In this document: positions 7,973-17,770 of the stretch, one piece after another
Position numbering within the stretch: the stretch's first letter is position 1
How the letters are laid out: each line of letters starts with the position of its first letter
Origin: an uncultured Planctomycetota bacterium
Lineage (GTDB): Bacteria; Planctomycetota; Planctomycetia; Isosphaerales; Isosphaeraceae
Direction of reading: 5' to 3'
DNA length: 64,000 nucleotides
Assembly: GCA_963823665.1 (NCBI GenBank)
Contig: CAWGMQ010000004.1
Location: 96,001 to 160,000, forward strand
Notes under the pieces: generated by a model
The model's database searches: none
Seen by the model: only the letters and a program-made list of their open reading frames with translations
Told to the model about the DNA's origin: nothing
Position numbers and translations under genes: made by a program

Positions 7973-10774
7973 CTACAAATACAAATCGCAGTGAATGCAA
8001 TAGCGCTTGCCGGGCACTCCGGGAACCGGCCGGCCGCACGACGGGCAGTTGCCAGAGTTGGTGGACACGGGCACCGGCCTTTGAGACGGTGCGCTGGCGG
8101 GGATCGGGGCTGGCGCGGGCCGCGGTGGCGGAGCCACGACCGCAGATGACGCCGCCGCCACCGAAGGCGCCGGCCGCGGTGCGGGAGCCGCCAGCGCAGG
8201 CTTGGTCTGGGCCGGAACGCCCAGCGGATTGAAAGCAGCCTGAGGAACGACCGGAGGGGGCACCGTGGCGGGCGCGGGGCTCGGGCGCGGCGCAACCGGC
8301 GTAGCTTGGGGCGGCGAGGAAGGCAGAGCAACGGGGGCCGGTTGCGGTGCGCGAGCGGTTGCTGTGGCAGCCGTCCGCAAGGTGACCGTCACGGCCCCGA
8401 CCGAGTGCGGCTCGCCGGCACGGAGCTCGGTCTGTTCGTTCGTTGCAGCGTCCTGGCGGATGACCTTCCCCGCCTCGAACGAATAGCGGAAAGCGACCGG
8501 TGGGGTTCCGCGCGCATAGATCGTTGCGGCCCGCGCGTCGCTGCCGATGCTGACCGGTGTTGGTCCGAGATTCACGGTGCGGATCTCGCAGCCGCCGTAG
8601 CAGATCTCGAGCCATGCCTTGCGTGCGATGCGCTCGGCCAGGGCCAGTGTGAGGCCAAGGGCGAGTCCCAGCAGCGTCGCGCCCAGGATTCGGCCCGAAG
8701 CGTCAGCGGCTGGCATTCCACGAATCGCCACGGCGAGCCCGAGGTAACCAAGCGCCCCGGCGGCTCCTCCGATCGCTCCGCCCAGCAAGCTGCGGCCTGA
8801 TCGAAGGTTGGGCACGAAGAAAGACAGCACAATTCCGGCGAGCGCTCCGAGCAGCGTCCAGCCCAGAACGCGGAATAGCCCTGCGCCGGCGAGCGCATCG
8901 GGCGCGGCGAGAAACAGGAGCTGACCCGCGGCCCCACCGGCGAGACCGGCGAGCAGGCCGCCCAGCCAGCTTCGCGCTGCGGCGCCGGCGGGCAAGATGC
9001 CTTCCTTCAAGTAGTGATGCTGGCCGGCACAAAGGGCCATGGCGATCATCGCCGTGATCATTGCGGTCCAGGCGGCGATCGCAAGGAGCAACTGGCCCGA
9101 GCTCTCAACGGCGAACTTTTCCTGGGACTGCACGCCTCCGAGCACGGCCGGCGGTGAGATCGGCGGCAAGTCAGTGGCGCGAGCGGCCGGTGGCGGAACG
9201 GGCGTGGGCGGGCGCGCAGCCGCCGCGGGCTCGAGTTGAGCCGGCTGACTGGCCGTCGTGATCCGGGCGATCTCGCGGCTGACGGTGGGCAGCAGCGACG
9301 CAAATTTGTTTTCACCGCTCACCGCGCCTTGAAGATCGAAGAAGGTTCCGGGCGAGTCGTCCTGGAGGGCAGCGTAGATCTCGCGATGTGGCTCATTGAT
9401 CACCAGATGGAGCTGGTCGATCTTGTTTTTCCGAAGAATCTCGGCCGCTTCGCCGATGGATTCGGTCTCCTTGTCGGGGATCTTGGGCGGAGCATCGGTG
9501 ATCAGGATGAGAACGCGAGTGGCGTCGGCGCGGAACGGCTGGCGGGCGGCCAGCGCGAGCCCGTCCAGGGCGCTCTCGGGTGTGTCACCCCCGCCGTCGG
9601 CCACAAGTTTGCGTCCGACCTCGCGGCCGAATTCCGCATAATCCCGGGTGAAAACTTCACCGGCAACGTTGATCACGAACGGCTCCTCGATCGAAGTCGG
9701 CGCGCCGGCCGGAGCGGCCGGAGCACCCGGAGGCATCGGATCACTGCGCCCTCGCGTGCGGCCTCGGCGCGCCGGAGCTCGCCCCCTGGGAGCGGGCATC
9801 CGGAAATCGGCAACTCCATTCAAACGGTCGCGGAACGCGACCAGTCCAATGCGCGCGTCTAGCTTGCGTTTTCCCAGCTCTTGCGCGAACTCGATGATGC
9901 CGTCTCGCACCCCGTTGATTGCAAATTGCATGCTTCCGGTGACGTCGAGAACAAACATCACGTCGACGCCGCGCCCTTGCCTGGGGGCATTGATCGTCAG
10001 GCCGAATCGGCTCATCGCGACCGGAGGCTCCGGAGCTTCCGCCGGACCTCGCGGTCCGGTGGCTTTGACCGAAACGTTTGTCGAGCCGGGTTGCGCTTCG
10101 CGGGCGGCGTCCAGCTCGATCTCGATCCGCGTCGTGTCCGCCGGCACGGTCAGGCCGGTCGCTTTCACTCCTGGGGGAAGGCCCTCGAGCTCGAGCATGA
10201 CGGGGCCCGTGAAATTGTCACGCGCTATCAGGACGCCGCAGCGATTCTTGCCGGAAGGATCGATGGCAACCTCGGGCGAGACGCTCATCCGCAGCGCGGG
10301 TGGCGGCGGCAGCGTCCTCCGAACCGTGAGGCGTGTCGTCGCCTCAGCCTGCGGGGGCGAACCGCCGCGCGCGGGCCCCTCGGCCTTGAATGTGATTTCT
10401 TCCGAGCTGACCGCGGCGTCGGCCGCGGCCGAAACCTGAACCTCGAAATCCGTACGATTTGCCGGGATGGTGATGGCATCGATGCGCACACCCGCCGGAG
10501 GATTGACCGCCTTGATCGTCACCGGCTCGTCAAATCCCACACGCGCGATTTTGACGCCGAGCCGGTTCGTGCCGCCCTGATAAAGATCGATCGCCGGCGA
10601 AGCTGCGACGCGTAGCGGGGGAATCACCACGGCCACCGGCGCCTCAGGCCGGAGCAGCCGCCACACGGCCTCGCCCAACGCCGTGGCGCCCAGGAGGCCG
10701 CCCAGAGCGCCACAGATTCCAAAGATCAAGGGCTTCGGCAGCGCTTGCCACATCGATCGAGCCGGGGCTTTCAC
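7973..10774 (-). CDS. Multidomain membrane protein: TM, Ig-like repeats, vWA, multi-TM, FHA-like, Pro-rich, C-terminal Zn ribbon
   Basis: MIDAS DVTGSM, GGDTPES and LITDAPP; Gly-rich TM bundle; LGPTPVSIGSD FHA-like strand; CPSC...CIHC at the C-terminus. Confidence 0.8.
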   Translation of the reverse strand: MKAPARSMWQALPKPLIFGICGALGGLLGATALGEAVWRLLRPEAPVAVVIPPLRVAASPAIDLYQGGTNRLGVKIARVGFDEPVTIKAVNPPAGVRIDAITIPANRTDFEVQVSAAADAAVSSEEITFKAEGPARGGSPPQAEATTRLTVRRTLPPPPALRMSVSPEVAIDPSGKNRCGVLIARDNFTGPVMLELEGLPPGVKATGLTVPADTTRIEIELDAAREAQPGSTNVSVKATGPRGPAEAPEPPVAMSRFGLTINAPRQGRGVDVMFVLDVTGSMQFAINGVRDGIIEFAQELGKRKLDARIGLVAFRDRLNGVADFRMPAPRGRAPARRGRTRGRSDPMPPGAPAAPAGAPTSIEEPFVINVAGEVFTRDYAEFGREVGRKLVADGGGDTPESALDGLALAARQPFRADATRVLILITDAPPKIPDKETESIGEAAEILRKNKIDQLHLVINEPHREIYAALQDDSPGTFFDLQGAVSGENKFASLLPTVSREIARITTASQPAQLEPAAAARPPTPVPPPAARATDLPPISPPAVLGGVQSQEKFAVESSGQLLLAIAAWTAMITAMIAMALCAGQHHYLKEGILPAGAAARSWLGGLLAGLAGGAAGQLLFLAAPDALAGAGLFRVLGWTLLGALAGIVLSFFVPNLRSGRSLLGGAIGGAAGALGYLGLAVAIRGMPAADASGRILGATLLGLALGLTLALAERIARKAWLEICYGGCEIRTVNLGPTPVSIGSDARAATIYARGTPPVAFRYSFEAGKVIRQDAATNEQTELRAGEPHSVGAVTVTLRTAATATARAPQPAPVALPSSPPQATPVAPRPSPAPATVPPPVVPQAAFNPLGVPAQTKPALAAPAPRPAPSVAAASSAVVAPPPRPAPAPIPASAPSQRPVPVSTNSGNCPSCGRPVPGVPGKRYCIHCDLYL

Positions 10775-10854
10775 GATTTCGACCTCCCGACCACGAAGCG
10801 AGCCTGAGTTCCTCGTTCAAATGTACCAGGAATCTCACGGTTGGTCGATTGACT

Positions 10855-13515
10855 TCACGGAAACGGCCTGTCGAACGCTTCGCTCGGGCTTCTCCAGGCG
10901 CGCTTCCAGTGCTCGTCGTAGGGCTCAATCAGTGTTTCGATCAGATCGCCGAGCACCGGAGGTATCGAGCCGTCCGCCAGAAGATACGGCTTGTCGCCGG
11001 CGCGGGAAAGCGATTCGAACGTGGCAACAGCCGCTCTCGGGTCAGCAGATACTTCAATGCGGAGGATCGATCCCACAAACCGGCGAGCGTCCATCCCGCC
11101 GCGCGGCAGAGCTGCGTTTGCCTGTGTGAGGAACAAGTCGGCCGCCCCGCGGTCGTAGCGAGCGAGGAAAACTGCTGCAGCGGCGACTCGGTTGTCCGGT
11201 AATCCGCGCTGCCGGGCCGTGTCGCTCTTGGGCATCAGCGCGACCGCTTTCCAGAAGACTTCTTCAAGGTGCTCCGGCGCCACTTTCTCCACGATCGGCA
11301 GAATCGACGCGGCCGGGTTGGTGAATATGTTGATCAAGAACGGTAAACCCTCCGCGGCGCCCGGTTGTGCAATCAGTCCGTCGATCAGTTGGATCGAGCG
11401 GTCAAGCGCGAGCCGCGCGGCCGCCTTGTCGCGGTCGGTCACTGCAAGCGCCAGCACAGCCCAACCGCAAGCCTGCGCTGAAGGCGTTTTCATCTCGCCA
11501 ATGAGCCGCTCCGCTCGCTTCGGATCGGTTTTCGCCATCGGCCCGCACAGCCAGAGCGCAAAATGACTTCTGCTCATCGGCTGACTGGGCGGCGATTCCT
11601 CGATGAGCTGAAAGACGCGTTCCGCATCGGCCGGGCGTTCGTTCGCCAGGGCTGCTGCGATCCAGATGTAACATTCCTTGCGGCGCCCCTTGCTCATGTC
11701 GCGGAGCAGAGCCAATACCTGATCCAGCTCGAGCCGTGCCGCGGTCGGGAGCGAGTACGGCTGGTAATACGCTTCCTGCGGCAGCCGCGCTGCGAGTTTC
11801 AAGCTTTCATCGATCAGCGGGCGCGCATGTTCGATGTCGCCGAGATCCAGCCAGCCCCGCGCAACTCGCGCAAGCTGATTGAGCCGGGTCGCGGGTTTGA
11901 ATTCCTTCCCTCCGCCGGCGGGCGCGCGCACTTGAACGGTGGCGCGCTCCAGGAGCGCACGCTTCCGCTGTTTCTCCGCGGCCGGCAGCGCCGCAGCCAT
12001 GAGCAGGTAACCGTACACCTGATCTTCCCGCGCCTCGAGTGCGCCGACAATCGATTCGGCCTCCACCGGATCGGAGAAAACCAGCTCAGCAGCGATCCTG
12101 CATCGGATGTTGTAGTCGCGATTGGCATCCAGGAAATGCGCGGTCGGCAGCAGTGCAAGCGCGCCCTGCGGGTCGACCTGAGCCAGGCGGCGCAGGCACT
12201 CCCACTTCGACCTATCGTCCCCGTTCTTCAGTGCAAATTGCAGGTATGGCTCGAGCACGCGCCGCGCCAGTGCACGCGACTCCTCGGACGAAATCGGGGC
12301 AGGCAGGGGCGAGAGGATGCGGTCGGGTTGTTCGCTTGTGCGCACCAGGGTGAGCTTCTGCTCCTTCGGTTCCCTGGCCGGCACGGCTGGCCATCCCTGG
12401 AACCGAAAGCCCCGCGCCGCGACCAGCAGATAGGTTCTCTCGGGCAGCACGCCTTCGAGCAGGAATCGCCCCTGCGCATCCGTAGCGGTCGTTGGTGACC
12501 CAGAAGGCAGCGAGACACGTGCGCCGGCGACGGGCTGACCTTGGCGATCCTGCACGAGACCGAAGAGCTTCCGGTGCGTCGGCAGTCGCAAGGGCGGGGC
12601 ATTCGTCAGCTCGGTGGTTGCCGTGATCCAGTCGGAGTTGATGGCAGAACCGCCTTCGACCCGGATCGTGATCCGGTACGACGAGCCGGTCAGGAGCTGC
12701 TGCGGTGTCTCGAACGACCCATCTTTACGACTGCGAAGCGGCCCGGAATCAAAGTGAATCAGAGTAGAACCGGCCGACGTCAGCTCGCCCGTGCCTGCTG
12801 GCGAGTACCGCAGGTTCTGCACCCACACTTCCACAGGAATGTCGCCCGCCGGCTCGCCGGAGTCATAGGCGAGCGAGCCAGCTATACGCGCCGGCCGGCC
12901 CAACTTGAGCGTGAAGCGATCGCTGCCGGGACGTTCGGGGAGCGGCAGAGAGTGAGGGGCGATGCCGGGAGCGCTTGCCCGCACCGCCAGCGGATCGATC
13001 GTCACCGGGAGGCACATGAGCGTCGCGGTTCCGTCCGCGGCCGTGACGACCGTCAATCGTTCCAGCCAATCGTCGGGTGTATAAAACGAGGTGATGCGGA
13101 GGGGAGCGAGACGCACGCCCGCCAGGGGACGGCCCTCGAAATCGAGCACGGTCAGAGTCCGTTTGAACGGCTCCGCGAGGGTTAACCGCAGCGGCGCCGG
13201 TGCCGCGTTCCCGGTAAGATCCACTCGCTGCGCGGTAACCGACCGGCTGGGATGGTAAGCCCAGATGACTGGAAGAGGCTCGGTCATGCTCAACCGAGGG
13301 CGGTCGAATTTGAGGCGAAACGCCCCCTGCGCGTCGGTCATCGACCGTGCCAGCGTAGGTATCGATCCGTCCGCGACATTCGGTCTGGCGAGCACGACGT
13401 CAACACCGGACATCGGCTCTCCCACCCGGTCGACCACGACGCCGGTCAGAACGAGCGAGTCCGGAGCTTGCTGAGTCAGCAACCCGCCAAGCAAGCAGAC
13501 GCAGAGCACGAACAT
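10855..13515 (-). CDS. Exported protein with carboxypeptidase-regulatory-like (transthyretin-like) domains and helical repeats
   Basis: Signal peptide, repeated G.V.D..G.P..G..V and TDAQG.F motifs, helical C-terminal half. Confidence 0.75.
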   Translation of the reverse strand: MFVLCVCLLGGLLTQQAPDSLVLTGVVVDRVGEPMSGVDVVLARPNVADGSIPTLARSMTDAQGAFRLKFDRPRLSMTEPLPVIWAYHPSRSVTAQRVDLTGNAAPAPLRLTLAEPFKRTLTVLDFEGRPLAGVRLAPLRITSFYTPDDWLERLTVVTAADGTATLMCLPVTIDPLAVRASAPGIAPHSLPLPERPGSDRFTLKLGRPARIAGSLAYDSGEPAGDIPVEVWVQNLRYSPAGTGELTSAGSTLIHFDSGPLRSRKDGSFETPQQLLTGSSYRITIRVEGGSAINSDWITATTELTNAPPLRLPTHRKLFGLVQDRQGQPVAGARVSLPSGSPTTATDAQGRFLLEGVLPERTYLLVAARGFRFQGWPAVPAREPKEQKLTLVRTSEQPDRILSPLPAPISSEESRALARRVLEPYLQFALKNGDDRSKWECLRRLAQVDPQGALALLPTAHFLDANRDYNIRCRIAAELVFSDPVEAESIVGALEAREDQVYGYLLMAAALPAAEKQRKRALLERATVQVRAPAGGGKEFKPATRLNQLARVARGWLDLGDIEHARPLIDESLKLAARLPQEAYYQPYSLPTAARLELDQVLALLRDMSKGRRKECYIWIAAALANERPADAERVFQLIEESPPSQPMSRSHFALWLCGPMAKTDPKRAERLIGEMKTPSAQACGWAVLALAVTDRDKAAARLALDRSIQLIDGLIAQPGAAEGLPFLINIFTNPAASILPIVEKVAPEHLEEVFWKAVALMPKSDTARQRGLPDNRVAAAAVFLARYDRGAADLFLTQANAALPRGGMDARRFVGSILRIEVSADPRAAVATFESLSRAGDKPYLLADGSIPPVLGDLIETLIEPYDEHWKRAWRSPSEAFDRPFP

Positions 13516-13630
13516 GGCTTTGTTCCCTGGTCTTATCGGTGGTCTAGCCGCGGACGAGAATGAATCAGCTCTCGCACTGGGCCATCATAAGGGCCTTCGG
13601 AGCTTCGCTCAATCACGGACACGCGCGGTA

Positions 13631-15062
13631 TCAGCGTTCCGGCGCATCCCGGTAATCAAGCGGCGGCTTCTGGTTGTTTCCCAGGAGGGATTCGTACTTT
13701 CGCCCTTCAAGGCGGCGGCGATGTTCGGCGCGGGCTTCCTCGAGCGTCATCGGGTCCCGGAATAAATCGCCCGCGGTGGCCGCGAGGACCCGCGCGGCCA
13801 GGATCATTCCCTTGCGGCCGATGCTCGTGCCGCCGGCGGCGACGGCCTGCCACGAGTGGGCCGGTGTTCCCGGCACCCAGCAGGCGGTGCTGAAACCGGC
13901 TGTCGGCACGACCCAGGAGACGTCGCCCACGTCGGTCGACCCCTTGCCGACCCGGCCCGTGGGCGTTTCGACCTGGCTGAGTGATTCGATCGGAAGAGGC
14001 TGCGCGAGAGTCTCACGAATCTTCGCAGCGAACGCCTTCTCTGTGTCGTCGTAGCTCAGGTCATTGAGCCGCCGGAGGTTCTTCCGGACGACTCGCGCGA
14101 GCGCTTCGTTTGGCAGGATTTCGACGATCCCGCCGAGGTACTCGGTTTCGAGCTGCGTTTCCGTAGCGAGCGCCCCGGCCTGTGCGCATTTGAGGAGGCG
14201 AGGGTAAAGCGTGCGGACGACGTCGGATCGCGGGTGGCGAATGTAGAAAAACGCCTCGGCAAAGTCCGGGACGACGTTAGGCGCACTTCCGCCCGCGGTG
14301 ATCACGTGGTGGATTCGCGTAAAGTCCGGGGTATGCTCGCGCAAGAGCTCGGACGCGTGGGCGCAGAGCTCGAGGGCGTCCAGCGCCGAGCGTCCCTGCT
14401 CCGGGGCCCCAGCGGCATGGGCGCTCTTGCCCCGGAACCGGAACTTGACGGCGATCCGCGCCTGGCTTGCCTCATCGCCGGCCGAGTTCCTGGAGGCCGG
14501 GTGCCAGTGGAGCACGGCGTCGCAGTCATTGAGCAGTCCCGCACGCACGAGGAACGCCTTGGCGCTGCCGCCCTCCTCAGCCGGGCAGCCGTAATAGCGA
14601 AGAGTTCCCTTCAAGGCACCGGACCGCAATTCTCCGGCCAGCGCGATCGACGCCTCGGCCGACGCGACACCGAAGAGGTGGTGGCCGCAGGCGTGGCCGG
14701 CTGCGATGCCCGCACGCGGCTTGCGCTCGGGCACGTTTTCTTGCGCGAGGCCCGGCAGCGCGTCGTATTCGCCCAGGATGGCGATCACCGGCTTGCCCGA
14801 GCCGATCGTCGCGATGAAGGCGGTCGGAATTCCGGCAACCCCGCGCTCGACTCGAAATCCCGCGGATTCAAGCGACTGGGACAGGAGCGCCGCGGAGCGG
14901 TCCTCGTGATAGCCCACCTCGGCCCATTCCCAGATTTTGAGGGCTTCTGCCCACGCAGCCTCAGACCGCGCGAATCGATTCGTCGAGCGACCGCTGAGCG
15001 AATGCGGGTGCGGTTGTGATGAGCGCGCTCAAGACCGCGAGACTTGCGCCGATCGATTTCAT
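13631..15062 (-). CDS. M20 family amidohydrolase (AbgB-like) with signal peptide; frameshift near 14965
   Basis: GEYDALPG, GHACGHH, GCPAEEGG, WHP, GSTDVGDVSW and PAHSWQ motifs; the N-terminus MKSIGASLAVLSALITTAPAFAQ lies in another frame. Confidence 0.9.
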
Positions 15063-15133
15063 TGCTGGTAGCTCCCGTAGACCGAAACAATTTCGACCCT
15101 GGAGATCGTCGCTGGCAGAATGACGCGCGTCAA

Positions 15134-15577
15134 TCAGACCTTTCGGGATCGGCTCGGGATCTCCAGAGCTCGCTCCAGGATTCGACCTGCTTCCTTCAGT
15201 GTGGCGCGTTCGTTGCGCGACAGCGGACGCAGCCATTCGGCCAGGAGTCCAACCCGAGCGCTGCGACCCTGCCGCATGATCTGCTCACCCTTGGGAGTCG
15301 CGTGCAACCATGCGACCCGCCCGTCGGATTCGTCGGGAACGCGGCTGATCAGGCCGTCCGATTCGAGCGCCTTGACGATCTTTGTCATGCTGGGCGGCCT
15401 GACCTGCTCGGCGGTCGCAAGCGCACCGAGCGTGAGCGGCCCAGCGAAGACCACGACCGAAAGCGCCGACAGCTCAGCCGGACTGATTCCAGTCGCCGCA
15501 TCTGCGCGCCGCACTCGGCGCAAGAGATGGATCGCGACCGAATGCAGACGATCCGCCACGTCCTCGACTTCCGACAT
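15134..15577 (-). CDS. MarR family transcriptional regulator
   Basis: Winged HTH: LTLGALATAEQVRPPSMTKIVKALESDGLISRVPDESDGRVAWLHATPKG. Confidence 0.92.
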   Translation of the reverse strand: MSEVEDVADRLHSVAIHLLRRVRRADAATGISPAELSALSVVVFAGPLTLGALATAEQVRPPSMTKIVKALESDGLISRVPDESDGRVAWLHATPKGEQIMRQGRSARVGLLAEWLRPLSRNERATLKEAGRILERALEIPSRSRKV

Positions 15578-15615
15578 CCGCAAGCACCTCCGACTTGACT
15601 CTCGCCCCTCACACG

Positions 15616-15638
15616 ATTATAGTTAGTTTGGCTAACTA
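15616..15638 (-). promoter_or_regulatory. -10 box (TATAAT on minus strand, 15621-15616) overlapped by the inverted repeat TAGTTAG-N5-CTAACTA; probable MarR operator
   Basis: Perfect 7-bp inverted repeat at 15620-15638 in an AT-rich patch between the divergent marR and ankyrin genes. Confidence 0.7.
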
Positions 15639-15731
15639 ATTTGTAGACCGCGAGCTCCACGGAACATTCCAACGAGCCCGCGGCCGGCCGGACACATCGT
15701 CTTCGTCTAACAATTGCCGGAGTCTCCTGAG

Positions 15732-16433
15732 ATGGCAAGTGAGAGGGAACAGGTGTTTGCCGCGGTGCGTTCGGGCGACGTGGACATTCTGGCGGGATTG
15801 CTGGCAGGAAGCCAGTCGCTGGCTTCATCGCGAGATGAGAATGGCGTGTCGCTGCTCTTGACAGCGTGTTACCACCGCCGGCCGGAAATGGCAGAGCTGA
15901 TACAGGCTTCGGCCGGTCCGCTCGACATCTTCGAATCGTCTGCCGTCGAAGGCGGGGCGGACCGCGGGGCCAGACTGCTCGAGGAGGATCGTGCGCTCGC
16001 TCGAGCATTCGCGTCCGACGGCTTCACTGCGTTACATCTGGCGGCTTATTTCGGGCGCGAAGCGATGGCGGGCATGCTGCTCGAACACGGAGCGGAGCCT
16101 GACGCTGTATCGCGAAATGCGATGGCTTTGCGGCCGCTGCACAGCGCAGCGGTCAGTCGGTCTCTCCCCATCGTCAAGCGCTTGCTCGAGCGCGGAGCCG
16201 ACCTGAACGCCCAGCAGCACGGCGGCTGGACACCGCTCCACGCCGCCGCATTCACCGGCAACGTGCCCATGGCCGAGTGCCTGCTCGCGCACGGCGCCGA
16301 CCCATCACTCAAAAGCGACGACGGCAAGACCGCGATCGACGTGGCCGTCGAGAAAGGCCACGCTTCCGTGACCGATTTGCTGAGGGGCAGGGCGGCGAAA
16401 GGCGGGGAATCAAGGAAACGGAACGAGGGCTGA
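15732..16433 (+). CDS. Ankyrin repeat protein
   Basis: GFTALHLAA, LRPLHSAA, GWTPLHAAA and GKTAIDVA repeats. Confidence 0.92.
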   Translation: MASEREQVFAAVRSGDVDILAGLLAGSQSLASSRDENGVSLLLTACYHRRPEMAELIQASAGPLDIFESSAVEGGADRGARLLEEDRALARAFASDGFTALHLAAYFGREAMAGMLLEHGAEPDAVSRNAMALRPLHSAAVSRSLPIVKRLLERGADLNAQQHGGWTPLHAAAFTGNVPMAECLLAHGADPSLKSDDGKTAIDVAVEKGHASVTDLLRGRAAKGGESRKRNEG

Positions 16434-16504
16434 CCGTCGACGAATCTGCTTCCTCTACCGCGCATCAAAGCGGGCATAAGAGCCACCGCTCGTCCAGCCA
16501 CCAG

Positions 16505-17527
16505 TCACAAGGGGAGCACGCCGGTGTTCGGCAAAGCCCGTTCGAATTCTCTTAGTTCGGCTTCGGAGATGGCTGCGTGGTCGAGGATGAGCCAGCGAAG
16601 GCTGGTCAGCTTTCGCAAGTGAACGGAACCTGCATGCATCCTTCTTGTGCTCCGCAGTGTCAGCTCTTTGAGACAAGTGAGTCTTTTCAATGCGGCGAGC
16701 CCATCGTCGCTCGGTTCGCGCAGAGTGAGCTTAAGCTCCTTGAGGTTGGTGAGTGCCTTGAGCTGGGTGAGACCTCCCGCTGTGAGGTCGGGTAGCGAGA
16801 GACCGAGCGCGCTGATTTTGGTCATCGCGGCCAAATGTACGAGTCCCCCCTCGGTGAGATCACACCCCTGCAGATCGAGCGATTCGATCTCAGTCAGCCC
16901 CTTCAGGTGCAAGAGGCCTCGATCGGTCACCTCGCAAGTCGGCAGTCTGAGCACACGAAGGCGACGAAGCTGCGCGAGATTCGCCAGCCCGATGTCGGTG
17001 ACCTCGCCCTCGCAGGTGCGGAGAGACAATTCCCTGAGACTGGTGAGATCCTGCAGTGCGGAAAGGCTCAAGTCGTCGATATGGGAGTAACTGAGCCTCA
17101 GCTTCTGAAGTCGATGAAGGCCCTTCAAATGCTTCAGTTCGTCGTTCGACAGGGGCATTCCGCGAACTCGCAGCTCTTCGAGGTCGGCGAGACAGCCAAC
17201 GGCGGCGAGATGAGCCTCGGATGGCGGCCAGCGGATGGAAGCAACGGCGACATGGCCGAAGTAATCGACCCCGAGCGTGTCGACAATCCACTTCCGCCAT
17301 ACTGAGTCAGCCAGGTTCTGCCGGGCGCTGTAGATCCAGGCCTCCTTGTACAAAACGGCGCCGTCTGCTCGTTCGATCTCTGCCACCGCCTCGCGCTGCA
17401 AGCGCGCGGAATTGACGAGCCAGCCCAATCCGCCGCCAATGGCGAGGACGAGCAAGCTCGCGGTGCGTACATTGAGCCGCAAGTACCTCCGCCAGCGCCG
17501 CGACCTCAGGTGCGTTGAATCGTGCAT
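16505..17527 (-). CDS. Membrane-anchored LRR protein (paralog 1, about 9 repeats)
   Basis: WRRYLRLNVR + TM + ARLQREAVAEIE + LGVDYFGHV cap, then 24-aa LxxLxxLxxLxL repeats; GGAGG RBS. Confidence 0.9.
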   Translation of the reverse strand: MHDSTHLRSRRWRRYLRLNVRTASLLVLAIGGGLGWLVNSARLQREAVAEIERADGAVLYKEAWIYSARQNLADSVWRKWIVDTLGVDYFGHVAVASIRWPPSEAHLAAVGCLADLEELRVRGMPLSNDELKHLKGLHRLQKLRLSYSHIDDLSLSALQDLTSLRELSLRTCEGEVTDIGLANLAQLRRLRVLRLPTCEVTDRGLLHLKGLTEIESLDLQGCDLTEGGLVHLAAMTKISALGLSLPDLTAGGLTQLKALTNLKELKLTLREPSDDGLAALKRLTCLKELTLRSTRRMHAGSVHLRKLTSLRWLILDHAAISEAELREFERALPNTGVLPL

Positions 17528-17770
17528 CGTGGCCTCCTGCCACCGAGCTTCGGTATTCCCCTAACCCAAGCTGGCTCCCGGTTTCCGGATGACTGTACCG
17601 CGCAAGGCGCGCTCTGACCAGTTAAACATCGCCCCATGTGATGTGCGCGTGCCGGCGGCCTCCGAGTCGGTTCCGAAGCATCGCGAGCGCCTGGGCGCGT
17701 GGCATGCACGCGGAGTTTCGCGATACAATGCTACGCGAGATGAGCCGCTTCGGAAATCGAGCTTCGACCG

